Source of the DNA: Marsupella aquatica
Taxonomy: Eukaryota > Plantae > Marchantiophyta
Direction of reading: 5' to 3'
Assembly (NCBI GenBank): GCA_973895155.1
Contig: OZ316894.1
Coordinates: forward strand, 21,547,867 to 21,611,866
Length of the DNA stretch: 64,000 nucleotides
The notes under the pieces are model-generated. The model ran no database searches, had not been told where the DNA came from, and was given only the letters and a program-made list of their open reading frames with translations. The translations under genes were made by a program, and so were the position numbers. Position 1 is the stretch's first letter, and every line of letters starts with the position of its first letter. Of this stretch, positions 9,998 through 22,320 are shown piece by piece.

Positions 9998-12652
9998 ATG
10001 GCGGCTTCAGCAGATGCGCCAATTGGAGTCCTCTTCGTCTGTTTGGGTGAGTTCCCACATCTCCTCCTCCTCGGATTTTAGATGGGCTTGTTTTGCTTCT
10101 CCCCTGAATTTTTTCGAGAAGAAGCACTGTTTCCAGTTTGTATCGAGAAGCAATGGAAATTCTTTTGAATCAGGAGCACCATTTCTAGTTTTGCTCTGGA
10201 GCACCATTGCTCGTGTCTAATCCTATGAAAAATGCGAAGGGGAAACGTCACTACCGTATCTTTCACCCAGATCAAGAGTTATGATGAGGGACTGGATGAC
10301 AAAATTAGCTCCCTTGAAATGGGAGCACTTCCCGAATCGTTTAACTGATTGTGGCTGCCTCTTAGTTCGGAGGATGGTAGAGGGAAAATCTGGTCACTCC
10401 TGTTCCCGACCCGTAGTCCATTGCACTTGAACTAATTACGTGAACTGGTTGTATTGCTGCACTGAGGATGATGTGACGGAATGGGATGAGGGACTTTTCG
10501 CGAATTGCAGAGCAATGACTGCTGGGTCCCCCAGATGATCGATCACGTGTTGGTGGCTTTTGTTTGTTCCTGCATCTGCTCGTTTCTCGAGCCATTCATT
10601 GCTTGCTGGGATTTCCGCTCCCCCGTTTCTGATTAAAGCGTATAAGGCGCTGTTGAACTCATAAGCGAGTGGACTAAATACTGAGATTACATTTTATGAA
10701 TACTTGACCTCATTCTCCGGGTGAAACGTACTCATGAATTACAAGTAGCGACAACAGTGACGAGATGACTTCTTGGACGAGAAACCTTTTTGCCATGGAC
10801 AGAATGACTGATGTTTTTAGACTGACCTGACTTCAATCTGACCATGAAATGGACAAGGAGCAAATGAAAGATGCGAATGAATGCGTCACCTCATTATGCA
10901 AATCAGCCCCCTCGCCATCATACTTGTTCAGGTTGACAGTAGTACCGTACGTTTGCGCTGGGGCATTTGATAGGGCAAATGGAACTCTTGATGAAAGCAG
11001 GAAATGGTGCTGGTCATCTAGTCTAGCGATGGCAGCAGAATTGTTTTTGGAAATGGAGTATGAACGTGCTAGAATATCCGAGTCATACATATTTGCGTAT
11101 GCAAGAGATTATCCGAGGTGATGAGAGTGGCTCTTGTATGTCATTGCATGTTTACTAGGTAACATCTGCCGGAGTCCAACAGCAGAGGCAGTTTTCATAA
11201 ATGCAGTGAAGAAGAGAGGATTAGAGGGCCAATTCAAGATCGATTCCGCTGGAACAATCAATTATCATGAGGTGAGCACGGAAGATTTGCTTCAATGTCA
11301 TATCTGTGTTGGTGTGCTTACTTCATTGTCCAGAGTTAGCTCCTGTATCTGGACTAGTTCTTTCTGTCGTTCGAAACCACTTTCAAATTGTTGGAATCTT
11401 CAGTTATGGTGAAGAAAGAAATTGACTTGGGTGTGAAGGGGGACCCAGCAGATTCCAGAATGAGGGCAGCTGCTCTCAGACGTGGAGTGAAGCTAGAATC
11501 CATCTCCAGGCCCGTACGTCCATCAGACTTCAACGACTTTGATTACATTCTAGCGATGGACAAGAAAAACAAAGGTTTGTGTTAGTTTGAGTGATTGTTG
11601 CAGACAGTTTTGCACTTGGGAGCAAGTTGGGATTGTGATACAGTCTTCGTCCTCCCCCTTGAGGGCCCAGCGGACAGCAATTTATTTTACCTGTGGGCAT
11701 GGCTCGACCCTTTCCCTGGTCAGTCAAGACTAACGATCGTGATTCCGTTGCAGAGGACCTTTTCGGATTGCACAAAACCTGGAGAACTCAAACAAAGCTG
11801 GCTGATATCACTCCAGAGAAGGTCTGTATATATTTCCTGACGTTTTCAAAATTTAGCGGAACCGAAAAAATTGTAGAAGGAAATTTGTTTTCATGATCTG
11901 GAACAGTCTCAGTCCGAGATAGCCACCAATGCGTAAGAATTAGGAAAGCCCCAGTCCACCCATAAGTTCTTTTATCGAGCAGTCTTTCCACACCGTACCC
12001 GTCAATTGTCATTACTGGTAAATCATCTTCGTTGGCATGTATCATCAGGGTTTCTTGCTCCAAGGTCCTTCCTGTTCACTCGTCTCAGTCTCAGGCTTTG
12101 TGGTTCACAGATACATATGAAACTTGCGATTCGTGGATCCTTCAACTTGTGTACTATAGTAGAGCTCCTGACACTAATTGTAAGATTGGCTTGATTTGCA
12201 ATAGGTGCAACTCATGTGTGACTATTGCACATCACACAAGGTAAAGGAGGTTCCTGACCCATATTACGGAGGACCTCAAGGCTTTGAAAAGGTATGTTTG
12301 AACCCTTCCTTATGGAATACATCATATATCATTTCCTAAGTAGATAAGCCAGTCATGCTCTGTAATTGGCAATTGTCAGCGGTTTGCTAGAAAGTTGACC
12401 TACTCGAGTGGAAAACCTTGATAAAGTTTTCTGGAACAGTTGTTCTACCATACCTGAAGAATTGTCATATTTCCTTTGACCCATATTGTCTCAATGTTTT
12501 CGACTTGGACCAATACGGAACATCTTATCTCTACAAGTTGACAAGTGCTTCGTAACTCTTAGTAAAACACTATCTGGGTCTCCATGCAGGTGCTTGACCT
12601 TTTGGAAGACGCCTGCGAAGGTTTCTTGGAGTCCATTGTCACGAAAGAGTAG
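9998..12652 (+). CDS. Low-molecular-weight protein tyrosine phosphatase (LMW-PTP), 6 exons: 9998-10046, 11159-11271, 11439-11574, 11754-11821, 12205-12291, 12590-12652; 171 aa
   Basis: Spliced product [29 protein letters not shown]...IDSAGT...DFDYILAMD...[28 protein letters not shown]. It has the CLGNICRS P-loop and DPYY general-acid motif. All introns are GT-AG and in frame. Confidence 0.93.
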
Positions 12653-15600
12653 TCTAGGACGCGCGTGTAATGAAGCGTGTAAGGATGAACGTACTTCTCA
12701 TGCCAGGCCTTAAGTAGAACGTGTTGAGGTCACAATTCTTGAAACAGATTCTTTTCCGAGACCAATTCGAAGATCACGAAGCAGCATCAATGCGTTAATT
12801 GCTGACTTGCACTATGAGGGGTTTTCGAAATGGTACCCACGAAACATGCTTCAAAGGACACACAAAAGGTGGTCTTCATACCCCTACAGAGGTGCATGTT
12901 CCGGAGTTTGATCATCTATCCTCTGTTGGATGGGTCAGCTTTCGGTTTCAAGGCAAAAAGAAGAAGAAGTGTGGTCTTCATCGCCGCTCCACTGCCCACC
13001 CTGGGCCTGTGCTTATGTACAGTCTCCCAAAATCTCGAGGTTTGAAGGGAGTAAGAACAATCTAGCACTACAAAAGAAACCTATCATGCCGTTGCCCTTG
13101 AGGAGGCTGCATAGTAGCAATGGTATGGCCTCATTGGGGGAATGTGGCGGGACTGGGATTCCCGAGACGATTCATTGGGTTAGAAATTCGAATTGGTAAT
13201 ACTCGATTGTAATTTGCATAATCTCTTCATTCTCTTTGTGGAAATTTTACTGGCGATGAAAAATAGGTGCACTAATTAGAGGAGCATTAACATTCCATAT
13301 TCAATGTTAACAATTCCGATTACGAATCTGGCAGTGTATTCAAAGGTCATCAGGATGACACTGTAGCTGGTCTAGAGAAGGTGGAAAACAAGTTTTAAAC
13401 CACCCTTTGCAGCACATTCACTTACATTCGAGAACTAGAATTCCAACTGAAATACTGACTGTTGTAGGCTGAATTCAGGTTAGCTCTAGCAGTCGCTGGA
13501 TAGAAGAGATCAAACAGTCCTCTGAAACCGTGTGAATGAAACTAAATCGTACGCCCTCTGCTCAGACTGTAACTAGACATCGTTCTTGTCTCACTGTAGT
13601 CACGTTTGAGATGTCGTGCACATGGCTGCCGTGATTGTCTGAAACATCTGTAAGGTCAACGCAATCATGCACCACATGGGAGGGCAATTGAAGACACACA
13701 TCATACCGATTGATAGTCAGATCGGTGTGTAATTGATACTTCGCGACTCTGAAACATTTACTCTTGTGTGTTGGGGCTTACATTATGTAATATATTGGAC
13801 ACGACTAAACGATCCCAAATTCGCTACTACAGATTTAACTGCACATTTGGGAGAGGTTCATTTCCCGAGATCGGCTGTGTTGTCGTTACGAGATTTTGAA
13901 TGAAGCTTGGATGAACTCCTTTGGAGCAAACGAGAGCTGATTCAGGTTACTTAAAGTAATGTCTTGTCGCTCAAACTCCAATGTGAACTTGGCAAATGCG
14001 CAAGATAAAGCTCCCGTCCGTCCTTTGCTGTCAGGATTGATTGACACTGTGCAGGCTAGAATCCAGTTGCTCTTGTATGACTCAGAAGAGGACTGATGTG
14101 TCTCCTTAGGGAGTGCCAAGTTGAAGATACACAAGAAGATACAAAGTATTCGTAAACTCATAGACCTCGGAAAATGTTGCCCAATAAACTCTCCTCTTTA
14201 ATGTCGTCATATGCCCAAATAGGGACAGAAAGTTGAACTTCTAAACGGGGCCAACTCCCAGATCAGAAAGACTTCATCAACAATAAAATTGGCAGATGGT
14301 TGATGACGAGGAAGTCAAAGACCGAACTCTCAAGGTCGTTGACAGAGATGGATATCAATCACTTTCCTTCCCTAGATAGGCTAAGGAAGGTTGGCACAGA
14401 AGTGTCCACCGCAGTGACTATGCCCACTGATGCTCGAAATGGTAGATGAAGCTGACTCCGCAGAAGCTCTGTGGTTCTATGGAGACTCGCGCGAAAGCAA
14501 CAAAGGAAAACTTGTATTCGACTACCCTCTCTTTCATATGCTAAATAATATCCTTCCCCATCAAGGTGCCGTGTAGCCACCGTGGACAGCCCTGAAGTCC
14601 ACATTTATCCCAAACGGCCCGTCTGTCATCTCGATCAGACGAGTTGATGGGAGTCGGCTGGAAAGGCCAGTGAAAAGGCGAGCATGCTTCGACAGCAAGG
14701 CCTTTGTTTTCAGTGGTAAAGGAACGATTCAGTCCCCACTTAACAGACGTCTTATAGGCAGTAAACTGTCCTCCCACGAAATGAGTATTTTTCAGTCAAT
14801 CTATCGAAGCGTTTCCAGCAATACTTTGAACAACGAGAAGCTTTCGATTTCTTTCAATTCTTCCGTTTAATTATTCGGAGCTTTGTTGGGACAGTTCTGT
14901 TGGAAAGAGCAAATCTAGAATGATCACAGTAAGCTTTGGAGATTCACATGCACACGCAGAGGCTGGTGCTAGCGATGCTTTCATTCTAATGCACGACACA
15001 GCTTTTGATTATACTAACAACTGGTCCTAAAGCTAGAAATGATGTACCTGGACACTGCATCGGACATCAATGATGGGGATCTTCTGATATATCATTGAAC
15101 TTGGAGACTGTTGACTCTTCTCCTTCCACAACTCTGTTGTCTTGGAGCTTTCAATCTGAATCCAATTTGACGCCTTTTTATTCGGTTCAGAAGCCGTTCA
15201 TTGCGTCAGAATAAGGAGTCCATACAGAGTACTTGCGAGATTTTCATTCACTACAGGAGTCACTACAGTACTCGTAGAAGCATGTTTGGACTATACAAAG
15301 GTAACCCATGATCTTTTTCTGCGTCTTTCTCAACTCTGCTGTTGCTTTCAATGCATGCATGACTGTGATCATCGAGGTCTGCACGTTTCTCAGGTTTTCG
15401 CAATGTGATTCGCATTTAGTCAAAGTTGGGCATTCGTGTAGCTAACACCATAACTGGCGGGGGGCTAACGTGTTGAAAACGTGGTGGACGTTTGATACCC
15501 TCACGTAACTCACGTTCGCGACCCTAAACCAGGTGAGCTCAAACCGGAGTCCAATCCTATCAACAGGACTGCCCTTAGACGACGGGAATGGATGCTTGAT

Positions 15601-18600
15601 TTGGTGAATTTACTGAGTTAGGTACTTCATGTGGGTCTAAAGTTGAGTGGCTTGTTACAGGGAAAGTGTACTGAGTTCAACTTGGGCCCTTCCAAATTTG
15701 GAGGTGCACCATGAATGGCGTGGTTGGGTTGCTCTCCATGTTGGCAGTGTTGGTTATTTGGGAAAAAATTCTGGAGCTTCTCTGTAGGATGCAACCCATA
15801 CAAGAAGGCTGGATCTGGAGATATTGTTCACCTGAAATGTGCCACAATAATGTAATCATGTGCTCCCCGACCACCACTGAAAAGCAAAAGCGTGTGGAGT
15901 AACGAGCTTGACAGGTGACCGAGCAATCATGGTCAGTAGCTGCCGTGGCCAGCTCCAGCCTGAAAATTGTTGTTCATTAATTTGATGGTCCAAGCGGGGG
16001 TGCTAGATATGTAGTAGAAGCTTCTACAACGAGCTTGACGGGGAACCGAACATTGGTAGCTGCCGTAGCCAGCTCCCGCCTGAAAATTGTTATCCACGGT
16101 GCAAGGAATCTACCGTGGTTAGCAAGTTCGTGTTGGGAAGGTCCTATGAAAGTAAACTGTTACACCAGCTAGGCCATTCGGATCTGCAGGTGAATGTCTC
16201 TAATTAATTGGAGCACCAAGTACTGAGTTTCTGCTAGCAACTGTAGCGTTAATCGCGTCAAAGCAAACTTACCTTAACCGAGATTGAAGGAACCAAGGCC
16301 GGACGGAATTGACAGCCTTTATTTGAGTCTCAATTTCTCCTGAGATGAAAGGACCCCATGTTTGACAGCAACATAATTCCAGGATTGTTTTAGAACTTAC
16401 TTCCTGTGTCGTGCGTTAAATAATCATACGGTTGCTCGTTTTTTCTTTCCCTGTGTCTCAATGTCCATAGAATGCTGTGCATCATGTCTATCACAGCCCG
16501 AGATATAAACAAAGATGGTAGGAAGAGCTTAATTTTCTCGGATCAAAGATCGTAGCGGTGCCAAGCCTCACTTTCTGCTTGTTTAGAGGGTGTAGAAGTT
16601 CACCTTTCATGGTGAGGATATGAGGGCTCGGAGCAAATCTAGCCACAGGTGATGGATGGCAGCCGAAGGTCGATCCTGGTACTGCTTTGATAAATCATTC
16701 TATGACGTATAGCGTACCTTTGTGTCGTCGCTAAGCAATTTGTAATGATAAATTCCAAGCGCACTGGTAATGGTCAATTTTGAAACCTCTCGAAGTGCAT
16801 AATCCGACAGACTGTAGTTGGTCAATAATCTCAAATTTCTTCTTGAGTTCATCACGTCAAATGCCAATTGACCATTGTCTCACAATTTCTCCCGAGATTG
16901 AAATATCTAAAGAGTGCGACCATCACCTCCTTTCTGGCCGGGGATGTCCCAACCTTCTTATGATCTCAATTTTTGCAGAATAGATCTGTGTCAAGACGTA
17001 TTGGATGAATCCTCTTGCAGCTCCTTCTGCATAGGGCGGGAGGCTAGGACTCGGAGTCGAACCTCAAATTAAAAAGGGAAGATCAGAAATTAAGAACGTT
17101 GCATTCAACTTCGACCAGGGATACATTTCAATCGTTGTCTCCTTCTTCGGCAATTCTTGGCTGATCTCTACGTTTGAATTCCTATTTGGCTGAGCGAACA
17201 TTTAATACTTAATTTGTGACCTATTTGTGGTCTGCTTCGAAACTTGGCCAAAAACCATCTAAAGTATTCCTTTCTCTATCTCAATTGGCTGGTCCGTGTC
17301 CAAGTTTTGCTTACAATAATAATGACTCAGTGTCATCGCACCCCCAAGCAACAATGTCAGGTGGGACTATGTCGACACCGATGAACAGCAGGACCTCATC
17401 ATACTATTGTCAGTCTCGTCTCTGGCTGACCAGGCTACTGGACATACTAGATGTTAGCTAGACTCCGCTCCGTTCTGGCATTTTATAAATTCTCCATGAG
17501 GCATGATCCTCCATACATTTGGGTCGTCTCACCGGACCTCAGTTGCCTCCCGGAGTGCTGGTTTCGGTGTCCACTAAATTCATAACTTCTCGATCAGTGG
17601 AACACTGTATCATTCTACAGAAGTGGGTGTCGAGCTAAATTTGGAGCATCGCTGAAATTCGATGCAGCTCACGGGGATTATGACCTCCACATTGGCCTAC
17701 GGCGCCGCCTCAGCAAGGTGGGACTGTTAGCGTAACATGGCTACAGGGACCCACGAGCTTCTCAAATCTCAATCACGAGTTTACGTCAATGAAGCTTCTC
17801 AATCACGAGTTTACTTTAATGAAGCTTCTCAATCACTCAGGCCTCAGCGAGCTGATTGATCGAGCTGCAGTGATCGGGGCAGTCAGGACCCAACAGGAGA
17901 GCGGCGGCTGGGCAGAAGCATGGAGAACAAATTATTGATCTGAAGGCGAGATCAGAAAATGCCTTCCTGCGAGAATGTCGCGTGAGATTCGCTGCGCCAT
18001 TAGATTGTGCATGCTGGACTGGACTGGACTGTTCTTCTGAGGTTGAACGTGGTTGACATGGGCGAACGCACGCAACTCGATGAGGAATGTCGTTGACGTG
18101 GCCAGGCCCCAGATTAATAGGCCGGATTTGGGTTGGGGCCCAAAGGAAGAGATATAGTATTGGTCTCAAATAATACAATGAATTTTTGCGCTTGACCGGG
18201 GCAGCGGGACGACTGGACTGGTCCGGCACAGAATGTGAGGCCCTACCACAGAATGTGAGGCCCTACCAGTCAAGCCTGGGAATCTTGATCAAAACTGAGG
18301 GCCAACTGTTACGAGGAGAGTACCCCATTTCAGTGAGTTCATTGACTCACCTTGCAATTTTCGCACACAACCATGCCCCTCTCAAATCTGAGAGCCCAAA
18401 AATATCACTGGCCGGCTATACCCAATTTTGGTGCGCCCTTGAGATGGATTATTTTTTCAATATCTGAGATGACCTACTAGAGGTTCTCAAATAGGTGAGG
18501 TTCAGACTAACGGGGCTGAAAAGTGTGCTGGGCTAAAAATGTGCAGGTTACCCAGGGCCCATCGTCTTTCCCTGTGAATTTTTTTGGGTCCTATGACAAA

Positions 18601-19939
18601 AAACAAATTAGATTTCAAACACAACGTCTTTTTATTGCATTAGAATATTGGGGTTGTGTTTGAATTTTGACCCTTAATTGTTGTACATTGAGCACAAACA
18701 GTAACAAATTCATAAAATCAATATTTGAACACAAAGGCAATATTCAAACATAATGCCCATTTTCAAACACAACACCCTGCAAGTACCAAAAATGAAAAAA
18801 CATAGTCAAACTCGAATACAATGCCCCAGACACACTTACAATTCGAATAAAGCACCATTCAATCAAATACAAGGCCGCGGCGTTATGTTTGGGAGAACCG
18901 TAGCCACCACACATCTATAGTGGGATTTTTTGTTTTTCTGTTGGCCATTTCCTCCCACCAGGTCCTGGCTGTTACAGAACCAAAATAAGTGAACTTGGAA
19001 AGTCTTGGCACTGGTCAACTAAGGCCACTTTATAGGCAATGGCCCTGCAGTCCCACGGAAGAAAGAAATTGATCCATATAGGAAACCGCCTGCTAGGGGG
19101 TCTCAGATACAACCCTGTATGCCGACAGTCTCATGGCTGTCCGGTTTAACTTCGAAGGGATACAGGCAAAAAACTTGCAGAACTCATTGAGTCTAGCCCG
19201 CACACTTGTGTTGCAGGAATTTACTATTTCTCACTAGTCACTTCCCCCCACAACGGCCTGGACCCAAAAAAATGAACCTGAAGAGGTCGGTGCATCAGTG
19301 AAACTCACCTGCAGGTGTTATGAGTAGAAGCCCTATCCTGTGGAAGATAGTAGGATCCTTGTTTGAGACCCCCTACTTGATGGACCTGATGGGTCACCAT
19401 AGTGTTTAGGTGCAATAGTTTGTCAGATTCTACCTCACCCAATATTTTTTGAAACTTTTGGCAAAACTCACTAGATTGTTCAAATCCCATTTGCCAGTTC
19501 CCCACCTAGTCAAAGACCCCATTTGCCAGAATCTAACGGTCATCATTAAATCTAAGGAGATCTTAGGTCAGGAGATGATTAAGGAAACAGACAAGGAATA
19601 TTCCTAGTGTATTCTCTCTTAAAGAGGCTCAGGTTTGCCACATTGGTAAAAAAGAGGAAAAACTTTCAAGATTATCCTAGGCAGGACCCTTCACATGGAC
19701 GACCCCTCTAATTTGAAAATTGTTACTTTATGGACCCATGAGGTTTGAGTATGTTGATCTAAGGTCCATAAACGGTATGGATCACCCATGGGATTCATCA
19801 ACACTTTTCATTTTGGAGCTCGCTCAAGTATATCTCTTGGCCCAAAGGAGTCTTTTCCAAAGTCCGTCCGTCCGTCCCAAGGTAAAAGGCTCCTACTTGG
19901 GCTTTACAAGAACTACCCTCTGGACACTTCTTTGTTATT

Positions 19940-20170
19940 TTGAGTGAGGTTTCATCGCAACCATGACTTTAGTGTGCCTGGTCGTTCTTGACTTTTTTGG
20001 AGTGAGGTTTCATCCCAACCATTACTGTAGTGTGATCTGCTATTCTTGATTGCATTCAAGACTGAGATTTCATCCCAGCCTTCAGTTTAGTGTGACCCTC
20101 TTTCTTAATATATTTATGGACTGAGATTTCATCCTAGCCCTTAGTTTAGTGACTTCACATTCTTGACTGC
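19940..20170. repeat. Tandem repeat, ~57-60-bp unit x4
   Basis: GA(G/C)TGAG(G/A)TTTCATC...TTTAGTGTG...TTCTTGA repeats at about 19941, 20000, 20060 and 20119. Confidence 0.8.
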
Positions 20171-20389
20171 AGAAAGCTGCTGGTGACTGTGGGTCCAGAT
20201 GAGTATCTATGTGTATGCCCTTTTTGTGACCAGAGTTTAGATCATCCCGTGACATGGTCTACTGTTTTGTGGCCAAGCTTTAGATCATCTCGCGAGATGG
20301 TCTAAAGTTTTTGTTGCTCAGTCTCTTGGTGTGCATTGATTACTTTCAGGACACTAAAGTTTTGTGGCCAAACTTTAGACCATCTCGCA

Positions 20390-20552
20390 AGATGGGACCC
20401 CAATATGAAAATTTCACTTGATACCACCCTGGAGTGATCCGGACCATTGATTAACCTTGAATCAATGCACCTAAAACTTCAGGGGTCCTATCAAATTCAG
20501 GGGTCCTATCAAGTAAAGCTTTTCATTTTGGGTCCCATCAAGCAAATACCTC
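20390..20552. mobile_element. MITE (Mutator-like TIR family), copy 1
   Basis: Inverted ends GATGGGACCC.../...GGGTCCCATC with inner CTTGATA/TATCAAG repeats. The internal sequence is the reverse complement of 22086-22165. Confidence 0.65.
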
Positions 20553-21346
20553 TGCGAGATGGTCTAAAATTTTTGTTGCTGAGTCTCTTGGTTTGCAATG
20601 ATTACTTAATTTCAGGACACTAAAGTTTTTGTTGCTCAGTCTCTTGGTTTGCATTGATTGCTTTCCAGACACTGGCCCCTCCATGTGTCTCAGGAAGATT
20701 ATATTTAGGTTGATATTGACCCAATAGTTTTGGTATAAGAAACTTGTGACCGTACATATGGTCTTTACAAGAAGGACACCTGACTTTTGGACCTATCCCT
20801 CCCCCCCCTTCCCTAGCAGGTGAAATCTTGGTAAGTCAGAATCGAGTCTTTTCCCATTGGAATGCACAGTCTTGTTGAAAATGTGAGCCCCCCCCCTTCA
20901 ACTTGAAAATTAGATTCACATTTTTTTTGACGAAAACGTTGCTACCCTTGCTACCATGTAGGGGACAGCAAAGGATACTTTGACATGCACCGTCTTGAAA
21001 GTATAGTAGTGCCATCCGAGTTAGTCAAGCACCAGATACTTTGAGATCCTTAGTGAGACCTCCCAAGAAAATTGTCATTTCACTTTAAGGATTAGAATAT
21101 TCTTAGGGATAAAAAAAGGTTAAACACGAGAATAATATTTCGAGAATATGAAGTCTATCCCCACGGCTGCTTAAGGTCATCAGCTAGTTTTACACCTTAA
21201 AGAAAAAGTGACATGATGTCCTTAAAAGTCTCTCAATTTCCTGGATAAAGCATTGAGCGCATGACCACAAGATAGTCTTGTCTTCTGTTTTTCAAAAGTC
21301 AGGTGTCCCTACCTTGGCCTCGGTTCCATTGAAGCAGTTGAGCGGT

Positions 21347-22320
21347 GCAGATGGCCTCAGATTGAAAGGGCCCATACATGCAAAACAACTTTAAGACCAA
21401 TCGGCCCCAAAACACCCAAAGTCCAACAGAAGGTAAGGTGTAAGCTTTGAGAGCACTTTGAGGTACAGTAGGGTGTAAGCTTTGAGAGTAGTAAGATGTC
21501 AGCTTTGAGTTACATTAAGGTGTACGCTTTGAGAACAGTAAGGTGTCAGCTTTCAGAGCAGTAAGGTGTTAGCTTTGAGGTATTGTTGTGGCAGATGGCT
21601 GCAACTTGAAGGGCCCCCATAATGCAAGACCAAAGAGCCAAAAGAAACCAAGGGACCCACACACAAGAGGGTGTAAGCTGTGAGAGCAGTAAGTGTCAGC
21701 TTTGAGGTACAGTAAGCCCAAAAACCCCAAGTCTCACACAACGTAAGGTGTAAGCCCTGAGAATACAGTAAGGTGTCAGCTCTGAGGTACAGTAAGATGT
21801 AAGCTCCAAGAACAGCATAAGCTTTGTCGGGGCAGATGGCTGCAAATTAAAGCCCCCAGCCCCCCCTCTCCCCCCCTCTACATGCAAGATAGCTCTCAGA
21901 CCAAAGAGCCCAAAAAACCCAAGAGTCCCACACACCCTAAGGTGTAAGAACATCAACGTGTAAGCTTGATCACACCCCAAAATCAGCTTACACATTGATC
22001 AGACCCCAAAATGTAAGTTGATCGGACCCCAAAATGATCAACCCCAAAATGTAAGTCGATCAGACCCCAAAATGTATTGTTTTACTTGATACGATCCCTG
22101 AAGGTTTGGGTACATTGATTCAAGGTCAATCAACGATCTGGATCACTCAGGGGTCCTATCAAGTAAAAAGTTCCATTTTCGGATCTGATAAGCAAATCCC
22201 TCAAGCTTTGAGAGGAGTGTCTACTTTGAGGTACAGTAAGGTGTAAGCTTACAGAACAGTAAGGTGTAAGCTGCGTAAGAACAGTAAGGTGTAAGCTGCG
22301 TAAGAACAGTAAGGTGTAAA
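21347..22320. repeat. Higher-order tandem repeat: ~240-bp units (heads at ~21347, 21591, 21832), each with a run of ~20-24-bp CAGTAAGGTGT(A/C)AGCTTTGAG subrepeats
   Basis: GCAGATGGC...GGCCC...ATGCAA...GACCAA...CCCAAAA heads alternate with CAGTAAGGTGTAAGCT arrays. The array is interrupted by a MITE at ~21962-22202. Confidence 0.8.
21962..22202. mobile_element. MITE (Mutator-like TIR family), copy 2, opposite orientation, with an amplified left subterminal motif
   Basis: Right end ...GGGGTCCTATCAAGTAAA...GATAAGCAAATCCCTC. The left side has five GATC(A/G)GACCCCAAAAT-like copies. The core matches the reverse complement of 20416-20495. Confidence 0.6.

Noticed and set aside
13400-17800. Scattered short ORFs suggesting a hidden gene
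   Set aside because: No recognisable motifs or consistent exon chain could be assembled by eye.
21430-22320. CRISPR-like appearance of short regularly repeated units
   Set aside because: Repeats are adjacent and degenerate with no unique constant-length spacers, no cas genes are present, and the context is eukaryotic.
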